Origin: an uncultured Magnetovibrio sp.
GTDB lineage: Bacteria > Pseudomonadota > Alphaproteobacteria > Rhodospirillales > Casp-alpha2
Length of the DNA: 48,090 nucleotides
NCBI GenBank assembly: GCA_964576415.1
Contig: CAZNWX010000001.1
Coordinates: forward strand, 1 to 48,090
Reading direction: 5' to 3'
The position numbers and the translations under genes were made by a program. Positions 33,621 through 42,796 of the stretch are shown in pieces (positions within the stretch are counted from its first letter, which is position 1; each line of letters starts with the position of its first letter). Below the pieces are notes generated by a model. It worked only from the letters and a program-made list of their open reading frames with translations. It was not told the origin of the DNA and searched no databases.

Positions 33621-34652
33621 TTGGGTCTGGAAAGTTTAAAAACCTGCCTGGTCACTGGCGGTGCGGGGTTCATCGGCAGTCACCTCGTCGACCGGTTGAT
33701 TGCCGACGGGCACAAGGTTCGAGTGATCGACAACTTTGTTAATGGCCGCTCGGAAAACCTTGCCAATGCACGTTCCAGTGGACGGCTGGAAGTTGTGGCA
33801 GCTTCTGTCGCCAACAGATCAGGAATCTCGCATGCCTTCGACGGCGTTGATTGGGTATTTCATATGGCTGCTATGGCCGACATCGTGCCGTCGATTGAGA
33901 ACCCGACTATTTATCATGAGGCGAATGTGGAAGGCACACTTTGCGTGTTAGAAGAGGCGCGAAAGGCTGGTGTTGCGCGTTTTATTTATGCCGCCTCGTC
34001 CTCGTGCTACGGCATCCCGGACGTCTATCCAACGCCGGAGGCCACGCCCGCAGCTCCCACGTACCCTTATGCTTTGACCAAATATATGGGCGAGCAGTAT
34101 GTCATGCACTGGGCGAAAATTTATGGACTGGAGGCCGTCTCGCTACGGATGTTCAATGTGTTCGGCCCGCGCCATCGCACAGGTGGTACCTACGGCGCAG
34201 TATTTGGTGTGTTTTTGGCGCAAAAGCTTGCGGGCAAACCGATGACCATCGTTGGCGATGGCGAGCAAACTCGCGACTTCACTTTTGTTAGTGACGTGGT
34301 CGACGCTTTCGTAAAGGCAGCTCAGGGGGACTGCACAGGCAAAATTTACAATGTTGGCTCTGATAACACTTACAGCGTTAATTATTTAGCTGCATTGCTT
34401 GGCGGGGAGATGGTCAACATCCCTAAGCGCCCAGGTGAGCCCGACATTACGTACGCCGATATTAGCCTCATCAAGCGTGACCTAGGCTGGCGTCCCGAAG
34501 TGAGCTTTGAAGACGGTGTGCGGACAATGCTTGACAACATCGAGGGCTGGCATGGTGCCCCGGTCTGGACCGTGGACGAAATTGCGACCGCCACCGCGAA
34601 CTGGTTTAAGTATCTTGGGGCTGACGAAGATGCCAGCGGCGGAAAGGGTTAA
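33621..34652 (+). CDS. NAD-dependent sugar epimerase/dehydratase (extended SDR)
   Basis: 'CLVTGGAGFIGSHLVDRLI', 'ASSSSCYG' and 'YALTKYMGE' (YxxxK). TTG start preceded by GGAGAA. Confidence 0.85.
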   Translation: MGLESLKTCLVTGGAGFIGSHLVDRLIADGHKVRVIDNFVNGRSENLANARSSGRLEVVAASVANRSGISHAFDGVDWVFHMAAMADIVPSIENPTIYHEANVEGTLCVLEEARKAGVARFIYAASSSCYGIPDVYPTPEATPAAPTYPYALTKYMGEQYVMHWAKIYGLEAVSLRMFNVFGPRHRTGGTYGAVFGVFLAQKLAGKPMTIVGDGEQTRDFTFVSDVVDAFVKAAQGDCTGKIYNVGSDNTYSVNYLAALLGGEMVNIPKRPGEPDITYADISLIKRDLGWRPEVSFEDGVRTMLDNIEGWHGAPVWTVDEIATATANWFKYLGADEDASGGKG

Positions 34653-34659
34653 TCGGAAA

Positions 34660-36207
34660 ATGGCAGACGAAATAAACCAATCCGTATTGAAAAAAATTCA
34701 AAGTATTGAAGAGCTGGCCAAACGAACTAGGGATGCTCAGGATGCTGGTAAAACAGTGGTGCTCTGCCACGGAGTATTTGACCTGGTTCACATGGGGCAC
34801 ATTCGCCATTTTGATATAGCGCGCAAGGAAGGCGACCTTCTTATCGTTACCACGACCGCCGACGCCTTTGTCAATAAAGGCCCTGGCCGGCCGATCTTCA
34901 CTGATCAGCTGCGCGCCGAAATGCTCGCCGCCTTGCAAATGGTCGATTGGGTCGGCATTAATTATGGACCCACGGCCGAATATGTGCTCGACACCATTCG
35001 GCCAGACGTCTACGTGAAGGGATCCGACTACGAAAATCCCGAGGAAGATGTCACGGGAATGATTCTACGCGAACGCGACGTAGTCGAGAAACACGGCGGC
35101 AAAGTCGTCTTCACGAGAGACATCAACTTCAGTTCGTCCGAGTTGATAAACAAATACCTCGGCGTATACGACGCGCCGTTGCAAAACTACCTCGACAGGC
35201 TCCGCGGCACTGATACTGCCCAAAAGATCGAGGATTTGATCGAGAAGGTCCGCGACTTCAAGGTGCTGATTGTCGGTGATGCCATCATTGACGAATACCT
35301 CTACGTAGAGGCTATGGGCAAGTCGGCGAAAGAGTCGATGATTGCGACCCGCTACCAGAATTCCGAACTTTTTGCTGGTGGCGTTTTCGCGGCCGCCAAC
35401 CACGTGGCAAGCCTTTGTGCGGAAGTGGAAATCATTACTACGCTCGGCAATCTCGATAGTCACGAGAAGTTTATCCGCCGTAACCTGAAACCCAATGTCA
35501 AGTTGACGCCGGTGCATCGCGACGGCATTCCAACGACCAAGAAGTCGCGTATCGTGGAGCGTGGTTACAATCGTAAACTCTTCGAAATCTACTACTTCGA
35601 CGACACTCCTGCTCAGCCTGAAATTCAGCAGGTTATCGACGATTTAATCGCCGAACGTGCACCAGCCTTCGACTTGGTGATTGTCACCGATTTTGGCCAT
35701 GGGCTGATCACCTCCTCGACCATAGAAGCCCTGCAATATGGAGCCCGGTTCCTAGCAGTCAACACCCAGACCAACAGCGCGAACATTGGCTACAACTTGA
35801 TCACGCGCTATTCGAAGGCGGACTATATTTGCATCGACGCTCCAGAGGCCCAACTTGCCACCTCAGACCGCCGCTCCAATGTGGAAACTCTGGTCTCGCA
35901 GATCATACCGAAAAGGGTTCAGTGTCCGCGCATCACCGTTACCCATGGCAAGATGGGCTGTGTCGCGTACCAGGCTAAAAAGCCCCCGGTGCGCGTGCCG
36001 GCTTTCACCAAGACCGTCGTCGATACCGTCGGTGCGGGCGATGCTTTTTTGGCCATCACTTCACCGCTGGCCGCGGCTGGTGGCGATTATGAGCATATCG
36101 GTTTCGTGGGCAATGCCGCGGGCGCCATCAAGGTCGGCACACTGGGCCATAGGGCGCCCATCGAAAAAGTGCCGCTAATGCGGTTCATTACCACGTTGTT
36201 GAAATAA
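34660..36207 (+). CDS. Bifunctional protein: N-terminal cytidylyltransferase-family nucleotidyltransferase fused to a C-terminal PfkB-family sugar kinase (HldE/RfaE-like, inverted domain order)
   Basis: N-terminus 'VVLCHGVFDLVHMGHIRHFDIARKEGDLLIVTTTAD' is the HxGH nucleotidyltransferase motif. C-terminus 'DTVGAGDAFLA' is the PfkB signature. ATG 34660 starts 7 nt after the upstream stop, and the longer track ORF overlaps the previous gene. Confidence 0.85.
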   Translation: MADEINQSVLKKIQSIEELAKRTRDAQDAGKTVVLCHGVFDLVHMGHIRHFDIARKEGDLLIVTTTADAFVNKGPGRPIFTDQLRAEMLAALQMVDWVGINYGPTAEYVLDTIRPDVYVKGSDYENPEEDVTGMILRERDVVEKHGGKVVFTRDINFSSSELINKYLGVYDAPLQNYLDRLRGTDTAQKIEDLIEKVRDFKVLIVGDAIIDEYLYVEAMGKSAKESMIATRYQNSELFAGGVFAAANHVASLCAEVEIITTLGNLDSHEKFIRRNLKPNVKLTPVHRDGIPTTKKSRIVERGYNRKLFEIYYFDDTPAQPEIQQVIDDLIAERAPAFDLVIVTDFGHGLITSSTIEALQYGARFLAVNTQTNSANIGYNLITRYSKADYICIDAPEAQLATSDRRSNVETLVSQIIPKRVQCPRITVTHGKMGCVAYQAKKPPVRVPAFTKTVVDTVGAGDAFLAITSPLAAAGGDYEHIGFVGNAAGAIKVGTLGHRAPIEKVPLMRFITTLLK

Positions 36208-36246
36208 TGCTGACCACCAGTTGGAGAGAAAAAGGAACACGCGCGA

Positions 36247-37248
36247 ATGTCGAATAGGAAATGGCGGGTCATGGTAACCGGCGGCGCGGGCTATGTCGGC
36301 AGTGCCCTGGTGCCAGCGCTTCCCGATGCGGGCCACGAGGTCTCAGTATTGGATCTCTATCTCTACGGCGACGATATTTTTGACGAAATCAAGGGCCGGA
36401 CAGGCTTTCGCGAGACTCGGGGCGACCTGCGCGACCTGGAGACGTTGCAGCGCGCGCTGGAAGGCTGCGATGCAGTGATCCATCTGGCCTGCATCTCCAA
36501 TGATCCTTCCTACGACCTAGATCCGGACCTAGGCAAATCCATCAATTACGATGCATTCCGCCCGCTGGTTAGCGCATCCAAGGTTGCTGGGGTCAAGCGT
36601 TTCATCTATGCCTCCTCGTCGAGCGTCTATGGCGTCAAATACGAGCCCGAAGTGACTGAGGATTTAGCACTTGAGCCGCTTACTGACTACTCAAAGTTCA
36701 AGGCGCTTTGTGAAAAAGAACTCGAAGAAGAGCGCGAGCCTGGGTTTGTGACGTGCACCATTCGCCCCTCAACCGTTTGCGGGTATGCTAAACGCCAGCG
36801 CCTTGACGTGGTGGTCAACATCTTCACTAATCATGCGGTCAATAACGGCCGTATCCGGGTCTTTGGCGGCACTCAAAAACGTCCAAACATTCATATCGCC
36901 GATATGGTTCGGCTTTATCTGTTCCTACTCGACCAACCGGATGATAAAATTGACGGGAAGATTTACAACGCTGGCGACGAGAACCATACGCTCATGGAAC
37001 TTTCGGAGATCGTCAAGAAGGTGGTTGGTCCGGACCTGGAAGTGGACGTGGAGCCAACTGATGATTTGCGTTCCTACCACGTTACAGGCAAGAAAATCCG
37101 TGACGAGCTAGGTTTCGAACTCGAGCACAACGTGGAAGACGCGGTGCGTGATTTGGCCAAGGCCTTCGCTGAGGGCAAGCTGCCCCATGCTTTGGATGAT
37201 AAGCGCTATTTTAACATCAAACTGATGCAGAACAGGAAACTCAGCTAG
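36247..37248 (+). CDS. NAD-dependent sugar epimerase/dehydratase (extended SDR), second copy
   Basis: 'VMVTGGAGYVGSALV', 'ASSSSVYG' and 'YSKFKALCE' (YxxxK). Confidence 0.85.
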   Translation: MSNRKWRVMVTGGAGYVGSALVPALPDAGHEVSVLDLYLYGDDIFDEIKGRTGFRETRGDLRDLETLQRALEGCDAVIHLACISNDPSYDLDPDLGKSINYDAFRPLVSASKVAGVKRFIYASSSSVYGVKYEPEVTEDLALEPLTDYSKFKALCEKELEEEREPGFVTCTIRPSTVCGYAKRQRLDVVVNIFTNHAVNNGRIRVFGGTQKRPNIHIADMVRLYLFLLDQPDDKIDGKIYNAGDENHTLMELSEIVKKVVGPDLEVDVEPTDDLRSYHVTGKKIRDELGFELEHNVEDAVRDLAKAFAEGKLPHALDDKRYFNIKLMQNRKLS

Positions 37249-37260
37249 GCGCTTCTTCTT

Positions 37261-37881
37261 GTGTTGATTGGTATTGATTTCGATAACACCATCGCCGGTT
37301 ATGACGAAGTGTTCGCGTTGGCTGGCAAGGCGGAAGGCCTTTTGGAACCACGGTTTAGCGGGCCAAAACGTGAAATTCGTGACTACATCCGGACCCTGGA
37401 AAACGGTGAACGACTATGGATGGCGCTGCAGGGCCGAGTCTACGGTGTCCATATGGCTAAAGCCCGGCTAATTGAGGGAGTGGGGGGCTTCCTGACCCGT
37501 TGCCGTGAACGCGAGCTTGCAGTCTGTATCGTCAGCCATAAGACCCGGTTTGGCCACTTTGACCAAGACAAGGTCGACCTCCGGAACGCAGCCATGACAT
37601 GGATGGCGGCCAAGGGCTTTTTCGACCCCGCCGGTTTCGCCCTGCAGCGCGACGCGGTGCATTTTGCCGAAACCCGGAGCGAGAAGGTAGCCCGAATCGC
37701 CGCGCTTGGCTGTTCTCATTTTATTGACGACCTGAAGGAAGTGTTCCTCGAAGAGGCCTTTCCGGCTGAGACGAAGAGCTATCTCCTGTCCACCGAAAAA
37801 CCCACCCCGCAAGGGCCCTTCGCGGTGTTTCCGGCATGGAGCGGTATCACGAATGCCGTATTTCGAGATCTCGAACGATAG
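37261..37881 (+). CDS. HAD-superfamily phosphatase-like protein
   Basis: 'LIGIDFDNTIAGYD' (DxDxT nucleophile motif), 'CIVSHKT' and 'FIDDL'. GTG start. Confidence 0.6.
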   Translation: MLIGIDFDNTIAGYDEVFALAGKAEGLLEPRFSGPKREIRDYIRTLENGERLWMALQGRVYGVHMAKARLIEGVGGFLTRCRERELAVCIVSHKTRFGHFDQDKVDLRNAAMTWMAAKGFFDPAGFALQRDAVHFAETRSEKVARIAALGCSHFIDDLKEVFLEEAFPAETKSYLLSTEKPTPQGPFAVFPAWSGITNAVFRDLER

Positions 37882-38899
37882 CGTCCCCCGTGATCTGCGC
37901 TGCGCCGCCGAAAGGCTTTGTGCCCGGCCGGTGACTGGCATGGAGCGGGGGCAAGCGGGTGGCAACAACCGGATATTTAAGGTGGCAACCGTCGAGGCGG
38001 CCTATGCCTTAAAAGTTTATCCTGTTATCGCTGACGATCCGCGCGACAGGCTAGGTGTCGAATTCACCGCCCTGAGCTTCATGTCGGGTCATGGCCTCGG
38101 CAATGTGCCTGGCCCAGTCCGTCAAGACCCGACGGCCAATCTAGGTTTGTTCGAATGGATCGAAGGTGAGGCCATCGAATTCCCCACAGAGATGGATATC
38201 GATGCAGCAGTTGAATTCGCGGGCACCCTGCATCGGCTCAGCGGCCTCGACGAGGCGCGCCGGTTGCCAAACGCCTCGGAGGCCTGCTTATCGGCGGCGG
38301 AGACCTTAGATCAGGTGGCGCGCCGGTTAACGCGCTTGGACAAGGCGGCGGCTAATCATCCGGCGCTGGCTGCGTTTCTGACGCGGGATTTCCGCCCGGC
38401 TTTCGAGGCCCGACGAGACGCCACCTGGAAGCAACTTGCCACTTGGGCAGAGGACCCCGCGGATCAGTTAGACGTTGCGCGCCTGACCCTGAGCCCTTCG
38501 GATTTTGGTTTTCACAACAGCTTGCGCGTGCCGAGCGGCGAGGTGGTGTTTTTCGATTTTGAATACTTTGGCTGGGACGACCCGGTTAAACTAACCTCAG
38601 ACTTCATCTTGCATCCGGGAATGAGCCTGACGGAAGGCCAACGCCGCCGGTTCGTCGAAGGAGCGAAGACAGTCTTTTCTGGTGACAAGACTTTTGCGTC
38701 GCGGCTCGCGCTTATGTATGCCTTCTTCGGATACCGGTGGTGCATGATTATTTTGAATGAATTTTTACCGGAACGCTGGCGTCGACGCGCCTTTGCCACA
38801 GAACAAGACCGCACGGCGGCTCAGCTGCGCCAGCTAGAAAAAGCGCGGCTGCTACTAGACCGAGTTGAAGAAGCTGGAGGACTGTTTCCTTATGACTAA
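37853..38899 (+). CDS. Aminoglycoside phosphotransferase/choline-kinase-fold small-molecule kinase
   Basis: 'GGNNRIFKV....YALKVY' nucleotide-binding region, 'LSPSDFGFHNSL' (HxDxxxxN-like catalytic loop) and 'VVFFDFEYFGWDDP' (DFE metal-binding). The start is uncertain (ATG 37853 or ATG 37940). Confidence 0.75.
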   Translation: MPYFEISNDSVPRDLRCAAERLCARPVTGMERGQAGGNNRIFKVATVEAAYALKVYPVIADDPRDRLGVEFTALSFMSGHGLGNVPGPVRQDPTANLGLFEWIEGEAIEFPTEMDIDAAVEFAGTLHRLSGLDEARRLPNASEACLSAAETLDQVARRLTRLDKAAANHPALAAFLTRDFRPAFEARRDATWKQLATWAEDPADQLDVARLTLSPSDFGFHNSLRVPSGEVVFFDFEYFGWDDPVKLTSDFILHPGMSLTEGQRRRFVEGAKTVFSGDKTFASRLALMYAFFGYRWCMIILNEFLPERWRRRAFATEQDRTAAQLRQLEKARLLLDRVEEAGGLFPYD

Positions 38900-39740
38900 C
38901 CGATCTCTCTTAACCGCCAATCTGCCGTCGACACCACTTGACGACCACTCAAAAGCCCTGAGACGCATGGTTATCCAGGCACTGGACGGGGGCGGCCGCG
39001 GACATATCGGTTCTTCCATGTCTTTGATCGAAATACTGCGTGTCCTCTACGACGATGTCTTGGCCTTCCGTGCTGACGATCCTACGTGGGAAGGGCGAGA
39101 TCGTTTGATTCTCAGTAAGGGTCACGGCTGTTTGGCGCTTTACGCGATCCTGGCGAGCAAAGGCTTTTTTCCAGTCACGGAGTTAAGAGATTTCTGCCGA
39201 GCCTCTTCATTTCTGGGTGGGCATCCTGAATGGGGCGAAGTGCCGGGGGTGGAAGCTTCCACTGGAGCGCTCGGTCATGGTCTGTCCATCGCCGTTGGGA
39301 TGTCACTAGCGGCTCGTATGCGGGGCCAGAAGCACAAGATCGTCACCGTCACCGGCGATGGCGAGATCAACGAGGGTTCTATTTGGGAGGCCGCCATGTC
39401 AGCAGGGAAGCACCAGCTCGACAACCTGACTGTAATGGTCGACTACAATAAAATCCAATCCTATGGATTTACCGATGAAGTTCAGCCTTTGGAACCCCTC
39501 GTTGATAAATGGCGCGCCTTCGGCTTCAGTACCATAGATATCGATGGTCATGATGTGGCGGCGCTGCGGGCGCTCCTAACAAGTCTGCCGATGGAGCCAG
39601 GAAAGCCGTCGGCTATAGTTTGCCACACAGTTAAGGGTAAGGGAATCCCATTCGCAGAGCATGAGCCCACGTGGCATCACAAGTCGAACCTGCCCGCCGA
39701 AGATATTGCCGCCCTGTATGCGGCGCTGGAAGTTGACTGA
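38892..39740 (+). CDS. Transketolase, N-terminal (PP-binding) subunit
   Basis: 'GHIGSSMSLIEIL', 'DRLILSKGHGCLALYA', 'GALGHGLSIAVGM' and 'TGDGEINEGSIWEA'. ATG 38892 follows GGAGGA and overlaps the upstream stop by 8 nt. Confidence 0.9.
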   Translation: MTNRSLLTANLPSTPLDDHSKALRRMVIQALDGGGRGHIGSSMSLIEILRVLYDDVLAFRADDPTWEGRDRLILSKGHGCLALYAILASKGFFPVTELRDFCRASSFLGGHPEWGEVPGVEASTGALGHGLSIAVGMSLAARMRGQKHKIVTVTGDGEINEGSIWEAAMSAGKHQLDNLTVMVDYNKIQSYGFTDEVQPLEPLVDKWRAFGFSTIDIDGHDVAALRALLTSLPMEPGKPSAIVCHTVKGKGIPFAEHEPTWHHKSNLPAEDIAALYAALEVD

Positions 39741-40675
39741 TGCGCAAGACCTGCCTGAATAAAGTTTACGATCTGGCGCAACGCGACCCGCGTGTGGTGT
39801 TCATTGGTTCCGACCTCGGCCCGGGCGTGTTGTCCGAGATGAAAGCGGAAATGCCCGACCGATTTTATATGGAAGGCATTGCTGAACAAAACGTCATCGG
39901 CATGGCAGCCGGAATGGCGCTCGAAGGCTACATCCCTTACGTAAACACGATCGCTACCTTTTTGACCCGGCGCTGTTTTGAACAGGTCGCCGTTGACGTC
40001 TGTCTGCACAACCTGCCGGTTCGGTTGATCGGTAATGGTGGGGGACTTGTCTATGCGCCGCTAGGCCCGACTCACGAAGCCATTGAAGACATCGCGATTA
40101 TGCGCGCGTTGCCTAATATGACCGTTCTCAGTGTCAGCGATGCGGAGGAGATGGCGGTGATGATGGAACAGACTTTAGACTGGCCGGGCCCCATCTACAT
40201 CAGGCTGGGCAAGGGTGGCGACCCAGTCGTCTCGGATCCCGTCGATAATTTCCGTATAGGTAAGGCGATTTGCAAACGCAAAGGCACCGATACTGCGCTC
40301 GTATCAACCGGCGTGCTTGTGAAGCCATGCCTAGACGCGGCAGAAGCCCTCAAAGCGGAGGACATCTCCTGCGCGGTCGTGCATCTGCCAACCGTCAAGC
40401 CGCTCGACGTTGACGGGCTGGTTGCGGAGTTGTCCCAAGGGACGTTCATCATTTGCGTGGAGGAACACTTACGCACCGGCGGACTCGGATCTGCAGTGCT
40501 GGAAGCTCTATCGGATCGGCCGGGCGGTCTCGCCGGGTCCGTTACTCGCCACGGCCTTCCAGACGAATTCGTGCATACCTATGGCTCACAGAATATTTTG
40601 TGGGAAAAGTTTGGTCTGGACGCCGAAGGCATTGCCGAAGTGGTTCGCGCAACCTTGAAAAAGGCTGTCGCCTAA
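39740..40675 (+). CDS. Transketolase, C-terminal (Pyr-binding) subunit
   Basis: 'EGIAEQNVIGMAAGMALEGYIPYVNTIATF' and 'GPTHEAIEDIAIMRALPNMTV'. TGATG overlap with the N-terminal subunit gene. Confidence 0.9.
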   Translation: MRKTCLNKVYDLAQRDPRVVFIGSDLGPGVLSEMKAEMPDRFYMEGIAEQNVIGMAAGMALEGYIPYVNTIATFLTRRCFEQVAVDVCLHNLPVRLIGNGGGLVYAPLGPTHEAIEDIAIMRALPNMTVLSVSDAEEMAVMMEQTLDWPGPIYIRLGKGGDPVVSDPVDNFRIGKAICKRKGTDTALVSTGVLVKPCLDAAEALKAEDISCAVVHLPTVKPLDVDGLVAELSQGTFIICVEEHLRTGGLGSAVLEALSDRPGGLAGSVTRHGLPDEFVHTYGSQNILWEKFGLDAEGIAEVVRATLKKAVA

Positions 40676-40907
40676 AGGCCACGAAACGAGAAAACAAAGG
40701 ACATGGCGTTTCTACATAGCTTGTTAATATTTTTGAGCTATCACAACCTGTTAGAGAAAAGCAACCACCTAAGCTGCCTGTATTCGTAATGGTTTCGGCG
40801 CACCATTGCCCAAACCAATGCCTCGCTTATTAGAAAGACACGGCAATTCCCAAGTTTTTTGCCATCGACCCAGAGAATGGGAAATCAGTCCAATATCGTG
40901 CCCCATC

Positions 40908-41720
40908 ATGATATCCAGTTTTGAAAACCCCTCCGAAGCGTCGCTCTGCCAGGCCTTCTTGGAACATGGCCATGTAATCTTGCCGGCGGAAAGCCGAGAT
41001 GCTCTGGACGCCATCCAGAGCCGCACCGCTGAACTGGCAGCCGATTACCTGGGCGTTACCGGCGGTGGCCCGGCAAAGAATTTCCTCGATGAAATCGCCA
41101 CTCATGTGGGCACAGACAGGCTGAACGCGCTGCGGTTGGTCGTGATCCAGGGCCTCAATGCAGAACCCTGGATCCGGCCAAGCTATTTCGCGCTTGCCCG
41201 TTCGGCTCTGGAGACCGTCGTTGGCAACGAACTTGCCATGCAACTGCGGATTAATCTGAGCATCCAACTGCCCAACGATAATTCCTCGCTGCTACCGATC
41301 CACGCCGATGTTTGGTCGGGGGACTCGCCCTACGAGGTGGTGCTATGGGTGCCGCTGGTTGATTGCTTCGACACCAAATCTATGTTCTTGATGCCGCCGA
41401 CGGCCAACCGTGAGGTACAGGCGCGGCTGTCGGAGTTCCAGGGCATAAGCAGCGAGGACTTGTTCCTTTCCGTTGCCGACAAGGTAAGTTTCCTCGATAT
41501 CCCGTACGGCAATATATTGCTGTTCAGCCAAATTCAGATGCACGGTAACAGGGTAAACGAGGAGACAAATAGCCGCTGGTCCATGAACTGCCGCTTTAAG
41601 AGCGTCTTCTCGCCCTACACGGACAAAAAGCTCGGCGAGTTTTTCGAGCCCATTAACTTGCGTCCCGCCACACGGATTGCGATGGAATACCGAATACCGG
41701 ACGGGTTTGATGCGTCCTAA
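40908..41720 (+). CDS. 2-oxoglutarate/Fe(II)-dependent oxygenase (PhyH-like, carbohydrate-cluster type)
   Basis: 'LLPIHADVWSGDSPYEVVLWVPL' (HxD facial-triad motif) and a distal 'QMHGNRVN' His. The start is uncertain (ATG 40908, or earlier in-frame codons back to 40806). Confidence 0.7.
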   Translation: MISSFENPSEASLCQAFLEHGHVILPAESRDALDAIQSRTAELAADYLGVTGGGPAKNFLDEIATHVGTDRLNALRLVVIQGLNAEPWIRPSYFALARSALETVVGNELAMQLRINLSIQLPNDNSSLLPIHADVWSGDSPYEVVLWVPLVDCFDTKSMFLMPPTANREVQARLSEFQGISSEDLFLSVADKVSFLDIPYGNILLFSQIQMHGNRVNEETNSRWSMNCRFKSVFSPYTDKKLGEFFEPINLRPATRIAMEYRIPDGFDAS

Positions 41721-42120
41721 TACGGCCAATTTCAAGGGTTACATCGCTAGCCGGCCCTTCCATGGCGAGCGCGTGCCGCAGCACGTGCAAAACCTGGTGA
41801 TCCGCGACTACTGCCAACGCAAATGCTTCCGCTTTTTGCTCAGCGCAACCGAATATGCCATGCCCGGCTGCTTCATGATCCTCGATCAGTTGATTGACGA
41901 GATTGCCGAGGTGGATGGCATTGTAGCCTATTCCATGTTCATGCTGCCGGACGATCCAGCGCGGCGCGGGCGCATTTACCGCAGCATCCTTGATGCGGGC
42001 CGATCTTTGCATTTTGCGGTTGAGGGATTACGTATTAACGATGCTCCGTCGCTCTCGCGTATCGAAGATATTTGGCGGGTTCGCTTGGCACTAACCGACT
42101 GCCCTCAATCCCTGAGTTGA
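41710..42120 (+). CDS. Small conserved hypothetical protein that usually partners the 2OG oxygenase. From memory it matches the family named 'sporadic carbohydrate cluster protein, LIC12192 family'.
   Basis: 'FKGYIASRPFHGERVPQHVQNLVIRDYC....GIVAYSMFMLPDD'. ATG 41710 overlaps the oxygenase stop by 11 nt. The family assignment is recollection only and needs an HMM search. Confidence 0.55.
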   Translation: MRPNTANFKGYIASRPFHGERVPQHVQNLVIRDYCQRKCFRFLLSATEYAMPGCFMILDQLIDEIAEVDGIVAYSMFMLPDDPARRGRIYRSILDAGRSLHFAVEGLRINDAPSLSRIEDIWRVRLALTDCPQSLS

Positions 42121-42130
42121 CAAGCTAGCC

Positions 42131-42754
42131 ATGACCCAGATCGACTTCATCCAGTCTTTGCATGCCAGCACATCGCGCGATTACGTGCAGCGCGTGGTTG
42201 AGTCTGACAAAGCGGAATGCGCAGCCGTCGCCAGGGAATTTGGCGCCGATTATTGGGACGGCGAACGCCAATTTGGCTACGGCGGTTACCGCTACGACGG
42301 CCGCTGGTTGCCTGTAGCAGAACGTATGGCGACACACTATAACCTCAAGGCCGGTGACCGAATCCTTGATGTTGGCTGCGGCAAGGGCTTCCTGCTTTAC
42401 GAATTTACCCGCGCCGTTCCGGGTATTGTGGTGGCCGGGCTCGACATCTCTGAATACGGTATCGCTAACGCAAAAAAAGAAGTCCGCCCGTTTCTGCAAG
42501 TTGGCTCTGCTCAGGATTTGCCCTACGGTGACGACGAATTTGATTTCGTATTTTCCTTGGTCTCTGAGATTGAGCGCGTCGGCAAGGGCGGCGCCAAGTA
42601 TATCATGGTCGAGTCCTTCCGGAATGAACGCGAGAAAATGAACCTGCTCTATTGGCAATTGACTTGTTTGAGCTTCCATTCAGTCGACGACTGGAAATGG
42701 CTCTACGACCAGGCCGGCTACCAGGGTGATTATGGGTTCATTTATTTTGAATGA
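42131..42754 (+). CDS. Class I SAM-dependent methyltransferase
   Basis: 'ILDVGCGKGFLL' motif I, 'VAGLDISEYGI' and 'FDFVFS'. Confidence 0.85.
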   Translation: MTQIDFIQSLHASTSRDYVQRVVESDKAECAAVAREFGADYWDGERQFGYGGYRYDGRWLPVAERMATHYNLKAGDRILDVGCGKGFLLYEFTRAVPGIVVAGLDISEYGIANAKKEVRPFLQVGSAQDLPYGDDEFDFVFSLVSEIERVGKGGAKYIMVESFRNEREKMNLLYWQLTCLSFHSVDDWKWLYDQAGYQGDYGFIYFE

Positions 42755-42796
42755 GGATGGGCACGTCGGACCCGAGAGAATAAACGAGCAAATGAC

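Noticed and set aside
40684-40713. Inverted repeat GAAACG...CGTTTC just after the transketolase C-subunit stop
   Set aside because: A 6-bp stem with an ~18-nt loop and no following T-run is unlikely to be a functional terminator.
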